Shown here one piece after another: positions 16,728 through 27,426 of a stretch of DNA of 64,000 bases. The stretch's first letter is position 1, and every line of letters starts with the position of its first letter. The notes under the pieces were generated by a model. It had not been told where the DNA came from and searched no databases. It was given only the letters and a program-made list of their open reading frames with translations. The translations under genes were made by a program, and so were the position numbers. The DNA comes from Eledone cirrhosa (lineage: Eukaryota). The stretch lies in assembly GCA_964016885.1 (NCBI GenBank), contig OZ024742.1, positions 138,384,001 through 138,448,000 on the forward strand, read 5' to 3'.

Positions 16728-16850
16728 TAAATGTTTCTACTTTTGGCACAATGCCAGCTATTACCCCAGTGCATCATTGCTGCTTTATTTTATTGACCCC
16801 GTAAGGATGAAATGCAAAGTTAACATCGGTGGGATTAGAACTCAATATTC
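16728..16850 (-). mobile_element. SINE family A, partial
   Basis: tgtttctacttttggcaca...ggatgaaatgcaaagttaac. Confidence 0.8.
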
Positions 16851-17089
16851 AGAATTTGAGGTCTAATATGAAGAATAATGTTGGACGAAAATTGGTCTAT
16901 TATTATCAATTTTTTAGCAAGTTAAAATTATTAATATCAATAGGTTTTTTTCTAAAGACATGCTATACATATTCGTTATCCACTTTAGCTTTCATTCGTT
17001 CGAAGTCGATAAAAAATGTGCTAGTCTTGTACTGGGGTCTATTCCTTTCTCTCTCTCTCTCTTTCTCTCTCTTTACCTATTCATCCAAT

Positions 17090-17273
17090 ATAATTGTTTC
17101 TACTTTTGGCATAAGGCCAACAATTATCCCAGTGTATTACTGGTACTTTATTTTATCGACCCTGTAGGGATGAAAGGGAAAGTCAACCTCGGCGGGATTT
17201 GAACTCAGACCATAAAGGGCCGTAACTCTTTGCTGCAAAACATGGCGTCCGACCATTTACCAATACTGCCAAG
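17090..17273 (-). mobile_element. SINE family A
   Basis: Same consensus as 10275-10660. Confidence 0.9.
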
Positions 17274-18779
17274 TCGTTAGATTATGTTTCCGAATTTAGA
17301 TCGTAAATAACCTATATTCATAAATCCATTCGATTCGCACTAGGAAACGTCGTAAAATTACTATATAATGTAATAAATATTTCTAGTCCAACAGAAAACA
17401 TCAGCTGCTGTCCGCGTGTCATGTATATGTGCTGAATTGAATTGAAATGTGTATTAAGTTAATTAAACATTCATTTATGTCGCATTGAATCTGCCAGACA
17501 AGTAAATTTTCAGTTTTACCTTACGGAATCTTTTTTAACGAAATAAAATTACTCATTTTTGAATTTAACAATCAAATTAGGAAGGATGAATAATAACTAA
17601 AGATTCGGTGAAGAGAAATTGATGACATTTTAGATAAATAGAGTTTCTCAATTCTATACATCATAACCACCAAGTCATAACCACGTATAATGCCAACCAC
17701 GCCGTAACTACGTGCAATTCCAGCCACTGCGCATCTATTACATTATTTACTCGTAAAACATAGAAAACGTGTTTGTATAACATTTAACTGTAATACAAAT
17801 GCCTCTGATACATTTGTCAGGATTTTACACATATATATCAATAAACAATTCAGGTTAAATTTTCTGCTCTATGAATAATTCTTCTAGTCGACATATTTTG
17901 ATTCAAATAGGATATGTTTGTTATTGTTTAGCACAACATCACTCCTGAGTATGTTACTTTCACGAGATGATTTTTAATATATGTTACTTCAATCCAATCC
18001 AGTGTCATCTCCCTCCCAGTCGGGGGAATTGCTCCCTCCCAGTTTGACCTCCATCGGTTTTTTTATTTTTTATTTTGGTCATGTCATGGGTGGAGCCATA
18101 CTCACCACGTTTGTCCAATTGACGGTTGGTGAAGCTATTTAACCCAGACTATGGTCAGGTGGGGAAGCTGCATTAATAACCGTCAATTCGACTGTAAAGC
18201 AGATTATACTGGTTTACAGAAGCCTGATCTGGTCATAATTTTATTTTAATTACAATGTGTTAAGTAATAATGTAACTAGCTGAATAGCTACATATTCTAT
18301 ATTTATTGACAATTAAGAAAATGTTATAATGAGATATTTTATTATCACACATTATTGTTCTGAAGGAGTTTATCAGCTGTGGATGGATAAAAGAAAATGA
18401 ACATACAATTATTTTATATTGGCACAACACCTAAAAATCAACAACATTACAAACATTTCTCTGTTTTATGAGATTAATTATTACATAATCGTGACATCAG
18501 AATCATTATATCGTTAAATTTATCAGAGTATAAACGGCTTTAAGATTCGAAATATGAATACTAGAATAGCTCGTCTACATTACCAGATTCATTTTTCACG
18601 CAAATTCACGGATTCGTGTCGTTGCTTATATATATTTGTATACTATGTATAGTTGTTAGCCATTTTCTGATTTCTATGAAAACCCTCATCTTTAAGTTGT
18701 AATTTGTCATCATAATGACTCATTTATGCAATGAGCATATGGTAAATAAAAGACTTATTTTATGGGGTGTTATATCGAT

Positions 18780-20120
18780 GGATTGGCAGTTTCGGTAGAG
18801 GGTCGGACGCCATGATTTGAGGCATACAGTTACGGCTCTTGCCATTCTGAGTTCAAATCCCGCCGAGGTTAACTTTACCTTTCATCCTTACGGGGTCGAT
18901 AAAATAAAATACCAGCAATGCACTGGGTAATTGCTGGCCTTGTGCCAAAAGTAAAAACAATTATATTTGTAGAGTATGTCTTATGTTACTTTAATCATTA
19001 TTTCTACTTTTAGCACAAAGACAGCAATTGCTCCAGTGCATTACTGGTACTATATTTTATAGACACCATTAAGATGAAAGGCAAAATTATCCTTGGCGGG
19101 ATTTTTTCTCAGAACGCAAAGGACTGAAACTCTGTGCTGCAAAGCATGGCATCCAACACTGTACCGATGCTGCCAATTTTTATAGGATGTGTTAGATGTA
19201 GACATATTTCGATTTTTGTCGTGCTATTGGATATTGTCTTACGCAGTGAAAGATATTCGTTGAAGAGATATTTATGCTTCGTGGCCTAGAGTTACGGCCA
19301 TTTATGTTCTGAGTTCAAATCCCGCCGAGGTTAGCTTTGCCTTTTGTCCTTACAGAGTAAATAAACTAAAGCACCAGTAATCAACTTTCCTTTTCCCCAA
19401 ATTACTGGCCTTTAGCCTATATTAGAAATTATTATTACCAGTCGTAACACTTTTGTTCTGGCAGATGTTATACCAACAAATAATTTTGTTGTTGCCGATG
19501 CCAATGGACATTTACAAAATAATTAGGTAGCGCTTCACCAGCGACGTGGGAACACCCACTTTAAAAGCTTCAAGTAGGCTTTTAATGGAGCTCCCAAAGG
19601 AAATCCAACCAGAAATGGAGATCGAACCACCCGAGCTCCAAAAACCCCACTGGTCCAGTCTTTGTATTTTCCTTGATGTTCGGCCCTTGTGGCCAATAAT
19701 AAAGATATCATTATTAGCCTAATTATGGAGGACGGTATCGGTAGAGGGTCGGACGCCAAGCTTTGCAGCATGGCGTTGCGGCCCTTTATTCTCCGAGTTC
19801 AAATTCCCCGAGGTTGACTTTGCCTTTAATCCTTACAGGGTCGATAAAATAAAGCACCAGTAACATACTGGGGTCGATTTAATCGACTTTCCCCTCGCCC
19901 CCAAATTACTGGCCTTGTACCTATACTAGAAATCATTATATAAGGCAGTCCATTTTCAGAATCGGTAGAGCATCACGCAACATACTTTGTGGGATAGACT
20001 TACGTCCCTTTAGGTTCTGAGTTCAAATCTCACCCATGTCTGCTTTGCCTTTCATCCGCACAATGTCGACAACTAACACAGAAAATATTGTTGTCCTTGT
20101 GCCAAAATCAGAAACCATTA
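18780..20120. mobile_element. Cluster of about five SINE family A copies (18780-18963 +, 18997-19177 -, 19270-19437 +, 19730-19938 +, 19945-20120 +)
   Basis: Repeated ttctgagttcaaatcccgccgagg B-box head and ggccttgtgccaaaagtagaaac tail. Confidence 0.85.
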
Positions 20121-20685
20121 TTATTGTTATTGCTGTTGTTTAAACCTCAATTATTTTTGTTTTGTCTGACTTCCCTTAACCTAGAACTTGCTTTTTTCTG
20201 TTTTTAAAAAAACATTCATCTGTTTTATATCGTTGGTGATTTTAAAACAAATGAGTGAATTACTTTACATTTATATATTAAAAAAGAAATAACTATTCAT
20301 AAACCTAACAAATACATTGAATCAACAACAAAATCTATTTTAATATAGAAAAATGTTCAACGCACAATATGGCGGAAGAAGCCGATTATAAACAGGAACC
20401 ATTGATTTGTTTACATTTAAAGATAATCCTCACATACGACTTACGAGGATTGTAAATGTACACTATATGAATACAAACGTGCATACATACATACGCACAT
20501 ACATAAATACGTACTTATTAGAACACATATAATGTATGTATACGTATATATAAATATATATATATGTATATATGTATATATATATATATATATGTGTGTA
20601 TGTATGTATATATATATATATATATATAGGTATTTGTTTGCATATAATATATATATATATATGCACATATATATATATGTATGTA

Positions 20686-20718
<33 letters not shown>

Positions 20719-21108
20719 TAACATTTATGTGCTTTAAAATAATGTGAAAGCGGGATTGAGTCGAGAAAGTGAGTAGAGAAAGAGAATGGATGAAACAGAA
20801 GGCAATGGAGAAAGAATGACATAAAGAAAGAGATGTAGAATAGTTTTTTTCTCAATAAATATCGTTTTTAGAGGATTATTTATTTCCAGGTTAAGCATAT
20901 GTGTTTCTGATTATTCACGTTTGTCTCTACTTGAATGATTCTATATGTTTTTGCTAAGCATTCCTATATTTCTATATATCAGATCTTTCTTACGTTTTGC
21001 GATATTATATGTCCTGTCCATACATTATTTCATATATATATATATATATACGTAGAAAGAAAAACAACCGTTATTTTCTAAGGGATTATATATATGTACA
21101 TATATATG

Positions 21109-21226
<118 letters not shown>

Positions 21227-21409
21227 CATATATGCATACATATATACACACACATACACGTATATATATATATATATATAGCTGTCGAAACGGCCGGAGC
21301 TCAGCCGCCGGGGTCCTGACTCTTTTTCCTATTACCCACTCACCTAACCTAAGTATCGATTACTCTGGTGCGTTATGGTCCACCTGTTTCCTTACCACAC
21401 TTTCTTTGC

Positions 21410-21436
<27 letters not shown>

Positions 21437-21440
<4 letters not shown>

Positions 21441-21732
21441 AAAAAAAGATGAAATCGAAAATGCAACTGGAGTCTTATTTTTAAAAAATATATATATTTA
21501 TCTGGTTCCTTTACCGGTTTCGCAGTTCTTCTGCTTTTCAAAAGTAGAGTTGAGATGGAGGGTCTGTGGTTTTTCTCACATGTGAGATGTGAGAAAAACC
21601 ACAGACCCTCCATCTCAACTCTACTTTTGAAAGGCAGAAGAACTGCGAAACCGGTAAAGGAACCAAATAAATATATATATATATTTTTTAAATAAGACTC
21701 CAGTTGCATTTTCGATTTCATCTTTTTTTCTT
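21437..21732. repeat. Near-perfect palindrome with ~145-bp arms, centred near 21584
   Basis: aaaaaaagatgaaatcgaaaatgcaactggagtc...tctcacat / atgtgaga...gactccagttgcattttcgatttcatcttttttt. Confidence 0.95.
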
Positions 21733-21791
21733 TATACTTTCACTCGTGTAGGACACCTCGGTTATTTTTCATTTTGTAAAAATATCCTCAC

Positions 21792-21828
<37 letters not shown>

Positions 21829-22721
21829 ACGAGGACCACATAATCTCTGGCATAATTGGACCTCTCTGTGTTTACTGAAATATATGTTATCCATCCAGAT
21901 ATTGAATTACTCTCAAAAAGGTTATCATATCATCTAGCGTCATTTACATTATGTTATGTGTGCTTCACTGGGGAACCCTGATAACAATATATGCTCGAAA
22001 TCCGAAATTTTCGTCGCAAATGTAAAAATGAATCACTCTTTACTTTATGCCACTGTTGTAAAAGGGAAAGGCAATGACTGGTACCGCTTGGAACCTGTGC
22101 CATCGGAATACATTTCTACAGCTGAGTGAACTAGAGCAACGTGAGTAAAAATACTTTGTTCAAGTACAAAACACATTGCCTGGTCCAGGATTCTAACTTC
22201 ACTAACATATATATATCCGGTTATAGAACCAACCAACCGGAAACTTATAATAAATTGAAGTGAAATCCAATAGGTGCATGTTTTCTTATTGGCAGCATCA
22301 CCCTCCCAAAGTATAATAATATATATATATATATATATACCTTTTCAATCCAAGAAACAAATATTTAAGTGTCCGTTTCCAGAGATAATTTTGAATGGGA
22401 AAAGTATCACGTGGTAGGTGGTCAGTGAAAGAGTATCAAAAGGTGGTCTATTGGTGAGTAACAGAATTATTAAAAAAGGAGTCTGTTTCAGCCTATTTTT
22501 TACTCGACCGTAAGGGAGTATAGAATAAAATTATTGAAGATCATATGTGCAGAAGTATAGATATGCATATAAGTTTTGCACAATAAATAATTTAATAAAT
22601 AATCAATTAGTCAGGAAGTGTGATATCTTAGAGCGAAAATGCAGTCGGGACATCAGAGTAAATTAGGTAACATTATATTTTGTTTGCTATTTATACTTAT
22701 GATTGCGTGTGTGAGTGTATA

Positions 22722-22763
<42 letters not shown>

Positions 22764-23026
22764 CTCTTCCTGCTATATCAAGCGTTAACCTAATATATCC
22801 CTTCCATATACTGTACCGATTATGTTGTTATTTCTGTTTACCTTTTACATACATATACATATATATAGGATAACAAATTATCGTTATAGGTAATCCAGTT
22901 AGAGGTTGTCAGTACTCTGTATTGTGGATAGTTTTAACGTACGGCATTGTTTGACTCAACAAGAGGTTTCTTTAGTTAGGTGGCGAGTTCCCAGGAATTC
23001 CTATGCAGGTTAATCTTGGAGTAATA

Positions 23027-23383
23027 ATAGTGAAAGAGTGAAGACTAACATGGTCAACAGTACAAAAAGTATTTTATCTACAGTATTAACAATTGTTTCA
23101 TTGATTAGGGTGTCTAAAGATTGCTAATAACTTGAAGTTATGTCACTCAATCTTAAATACATGTATGCCTAATCAAGTCATCGGAATAACTGACAAAAAT
23201 TACGCACGGCGTTTGTAATATACTAGGAGATTTCAAATAACATCAATAATGTATTTAAGATTGAGTGACACAACTTCAAGTGATTAGCAATCATTAGACG
23301 CCCTAATCAATGAAACAATTGTTAATACTGTAAAGAAAACCCTTTTTGTACTGTTGACCATGTTATTCTTCACTCTTTCACTA

Positions 23384-23384
<1 letters not shown>
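23027..23384. repeat. Inverted repeat with ~135-bp arms and ~85-bp spacer; a related copy lies at ~57730-57880
   Basis: atagtgaaagagtgaag...ctcaatcttaaatacat versus atgtatttaagattgag...cttcactctttcactat. Confidence 0.9.
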
Positions 23385-23416
<32 letters not shown>

Positions 23417-23859
23417 TTATGTATGTATGTATGTATGTATGTATGTATGTATGTATGTATGTATGTATGTATGCATGAATGTATATATGTAAGTCAGATC
23501 TCTCTTGAGTGCTTCTGGTAACATGTAACCCAGTAGAACCTGTCGCATGGTCGGGTCGTCGGTGACTAAACCGGCAACCCCACCAAGTTTACCTGGTCTG
23601 GTGAGGAGGGAGATTTTGGACACCATGCAGGACAAAAAACCTGACAAATATGAGTCAATGGCCATCCAATAATGTGTATATATATATGTATATATCTTGG
23701 ATGGGTGTGTGTAGCATTGATTGCGTTTGTCTGTGTATGTACATATATATTTGATTAACAAATTTAATATTCTAAAAACCTTTTAAAACCTTTACAACTT
23801 TTAAAAATCTTATTTTTTATTTTGCATTTTACCTTTTTTTATTATTTGACTTTTGAAGA

Positions 23860-24380
23860 TCTACAGTTTGAAGTTCAGAACTAGGAAGTGGTGCTTGCTT
23901 TAAAGAGGGGTAAATGGAGAGGACATGTGAAGGAAGGCTGCAGAATGTTTGATGAGAGATGTCTTGACTATGAAAATTTTAAATGTCAGCTTCGAAAAGG
24001 GCACAGTATGAACCTCAATAAGTATATAGGGAGCTGGATTTATAAGGTGTGTGGTCGTCTCATGCTCTCTAAATCTGGGTGCATCACTCATTTAAAATCA
24101 CATAAAAAGCCAACTGTTTGCGGCTCTGTCCCTCCAATGCTAGGTGAGACAAATTGCGTTGTGTGCTAAAAGATCTGCAAATCAATCTCTGGTCTTGAAA
24201 GGCATGTGAGGGTACATAAGGATGACATAAAACAACTGACCCAATCAATCCAATAGAGGGCACATATTTTGTCTGTCACATTTGCTGCAGACCGTGTAAA
24301 TCTAATGCTGGACTTAAAAGTCACCTAAGAGGCAATGAACGGACGTTTGGAGTTGGGACGGTTCATATGGATGCATAAGG
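23860..24380 (+). mobile_element. Decayed non-LTR retrotransposon 3' end (RTE-like C-terminus) with C2H2 zinc fingers
   Basis: LALKRGKWRGHVKEG...FD; VCGRLMLSKSGCITHLKSH; CVVC*KICKSISGLERHVRVH; CHICCRPCKSNAGLKSHLR. Confidence 0.65.
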
Positions 24381-24559
24381 AGACGGTAATCACATGTAAA
24401 GATGAAGCAATCAGCGTGTATGTATGCGTGCGAGTATACATATGAATAATATATATATATAAATATATTTCTTTGTTTCTTATCGATCGACTTTCGTCAA
24501 ATCGGACCGAGGAAACAATGTTTTCGTCGGTCTTTCCAGTTGCTAATACTATCTATCGG

Positions 24560-24698
24560 TCGCAACTCCAGGTAGAAGGAGCAACGTAAAATAAAGTGTC
24601 TTGCTCAAGAAGCTAACGCAACACACGGTCCAGGATTCGAACTCACAGCCTCAAGATTGTGAATCCAATCCTCTACCCACTCAGCCATGCGCCTTCAC

Positions 24699-24700
<2 letters not shown>
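24560..24700 (-). mobile_element. tRNA-derived SINE family B
   Basis: Reverse complement: ggtgaaggcgcaTGGCTGAGTGG (A box)...GAGTTCGAATCC (B box)...cttgagcaagacactttattttacgttgctcc. Confidence 0.85.
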
Positions 24701-24762
<62 letters not shown>

Positions 24763-24883
24763 AAGTGAGTCCTTCATCAGTGACCCTTCAACCGTCCTGG
24801 GCATTTCATCGCTTTAAGGGCCATATGCCTCGGGTTGGTGCGAACAACGGCTAAAAAAAGTCGTTGGGACACGATCTTTTGAT

Positions 24884-24914
<31 letters not shown>

Positions 24915-24919
<5 letters not shown>

Positions 24920-26210
24920 ATCAAGATCAAAAGATGGTTAAAGTAGTTCCATGTATTTTATTATGCGCATTTCAAAAACAAACATCATCATGCAATAATA
25001 TTTGTGTTTTCATCAGATAAAACAGGAGAACATGATATGAAGGCTAAAAAACACTTGTGGATAGTGCAGTTTTAAATCAACATATGAAAAGTGGTTTTAG
25101 ATTGATGTGTGATATTGGGAAAAATATTTTATTTAGAGAGGGGGGGGGGGGAAGGATGAAAAAGGGAAGGAGATGAGAGGGAGAGATGGGTGATAGAGAG
25201 AAAGAGATAGTTTTTATAACTGAGAGGAGATATATTGTTTTACATAGAGAGGTTGAAAACCGTTGGAAGATAATGTATAAATTAAAAATTAAAAAAAATT
25301 TTTGAAGATTAACGAAGGGAGGATATGTGCGAGGAAAAAATATTTTATTTAGGGAGGGGGGGTGGAAAGGATGAAAAAAGGGGGAGGAGATGAGAGTGAA
25401 GGTGGAGAGGGAGAGATGGGTGATAGAGAGAAAGAGATAGTTTTTATAACTGAGAAAAAGATATATAGTTTTACATAGAGAGGTTGGGAACCGTTGGAAG
25501 ATAATGTATAAATTAAAGGAATTTGAAAATTAACGAAGGGAATTTATGTATGAAGATAGAGAGAAAAAATAATAATTGTGGATGAATATTCTAACGTCAA
25601 AAAAAGAAATGTATGTTGATAAGATATTGTGGCAATTTCAAAATTAACGAAGAGAAAAATTATTAAGGTTTGTGTGTAGAAGGATTTGAGAAAAATAATG
25701 TGGAGTTAAAGTTTGTATATTGAAGGAATTGATAATATATGCGAATAAAGAGTTAATATGTATTAATAATGAGTTCGTTGATGGGGAGAAAAAAATAATA
25801 AATTAAGGATGAAATTGAGATTAAAAAGATTTATGATAGAGAGAAAAAATAATAATGATTGCGGATGAATATTCTAACGTCAAAACAACAAATGTATATG
25901 TTATGATTTTACAAGGTGGAGATAGAATGAGGGTAATGAGTAAACAAGTATTATAGAGTGTATAATGCCCTTTAAAGTAAGGTAGATGGGTATATTTTAA
26001 AGAGGTGTATGTATATGTGCCTTTGAGAAAAGATTCTAAATCGATAAAGAATTGAATATTAACTGTATTGTGAAAAGTTCTATGGAATTTATGCAGGCAG
26101 ATAGAAAACAAATCTGTACGTCTATTTATTATATCTAGGTTAGAGATAATGGTAAATTTTTCATTTAGGCAGAGATTACAGATTTTAGATAGAGAGCTGT
26201 TCAAGTATGA
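24915..26210 (-). mobile_element. PLE 3' fragment: GIY-YIG C-terminus plus 3' region/pLTR with HHR
   Basis: Minus strand ~26060-26210 reads YLNSSLSKICNLCLNEKFTIISNLDIINRRTDLFSICLHK, like the other PLE C-termini; HHR lies downstream; internal ~200-bp direct duplication at 25120-25545. Confidence 0.7.
24956..25022 (-). ncRNA. Type I minimal hammerhead ribozyme
   Basis: Reverse complement: ttttat-CTGATGA-aaacacaaatatt...gatgtttgttttt-GAAA-TGCGCA-TA-ataaaa (6-bp stem I, palindromic stem III). Confidence 0.8.
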
Positions 26211-26431
26211 GGATGTATATATATATATACACACACATGTATATATATATATACACACACATACACACACACACAATAACAGAGAAAGCTTTAAGCTAAA
26301 CTCTGACTGGCTACCATCTCACTCAACAAACATTAGGATATACGTTAGTATAATCCCAATTTTGTGTTTGGGGTGCTAACTATATGTATTTTGTGGAAAG
26401 CCAGTAGTATTATTTTATATGAGATATAATT

Positions 26432-26485
<54 letters not shown>

Positions 26486-26556
26486 CTATATATATATACA
26501 CATATATATATATCTAATATCATTAAAACACATGCTGATGTTAGATAAATTGTTTA

Positions 26557-26647
26557 TTCATGATAATTATTTCAACGGTTCTCTCATGCAGTCCAAGATG
26601 TAATTCATGCATTTGTTGTTGATATGAGAACGGCATCTTCAGATGAA
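26557..26647 (-). ncRNA. Type I hammerhead ribozyme with extended stem II
   Basis: Reverse complement: ttcat-CTGAAGA-tgccgttctc...gagaaccgtt-GAAA-TAATTA-TC-atgaa, overlapping AATAAA. Confidence 0.8.
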
Positions 26648-26729
26648 ATTTGACTTTATGATAAGCCACTGGGAACAAAAACACGTCCTTCCGTTCGTGC
26701 GTCCGGCAGATATATCATATATATTTTTA

Positions 26730-26761
<32 letters not shown>

Positions 26762-27198
26762 GTATATGCAGATTGGAGTACTTGACGAAGTACGCAGGTT
26801 GGTTTGTTTACTCCGGAGTAAACTCACCCAGGAGCTGGACATTTCGATGTATTTCGGAGTAAAGCACAGTTCAATAACATGTGTATCTGCCTTTTCCACA
26901 CCAATCCGGACTGCCTGTAGAGGACACAGCCAATGATGGCTGTCACCGAAATATATATAGCAGTAATTTTTAATTTATAATAAACGAAGCCAAATTTTAC
27001 ATATTTGACTTAATTATTTTTCACATATATATATATATATATGTGTGTGGTGTGTGTGTGTAGTAATAAACACAGTAAATTGTGTGTTTAAAATTACGGT
27101 GGTTGAGATACCGCGTTGGTTTGACAGATTTAACCTGAAGCAAACAGAAAATACAGGATAAAGAGTAAACTGTACTGACCATTTCAATAATTATTCAT

Positions 27199-27282
27199 CT
27201 CCCGGACAGATTAGAGATTTAATCTGTTTCGCCCTGAAATTTGTGTTTGTAACAGATAATCCGTAGGCATCATCAGCAAGAG
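27199..27282 (-). ncRNA. Type I hammerhead ribozyme with a full-length stem III
   Basis: Reverse complement: ctcttg-CTGATGA-tgcct...gggc-GAAA-CAGATTA-aatctc-TAATCTG-TC-cgggag. Confidence 0.85.
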
Positions 27283-27382
27283 TTAAGATCAAACAGCTAA
27301 ATGCTACACGAGTGAATATTTCACCTCGTTTGCGAGACGTCCAAAGTGGCGTGTGGATCGGCTATAAATGATAGCCTAAATT

Positions 27383-27420
<38 letters not shown>

Positions 27421-27426
<6 letters not shown>

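Noticed and set aside
24630-24700. tRNA gene
   Set aside because: A and B boxes are present but run into a SINE body with no acceptor stem; it is a SINE head
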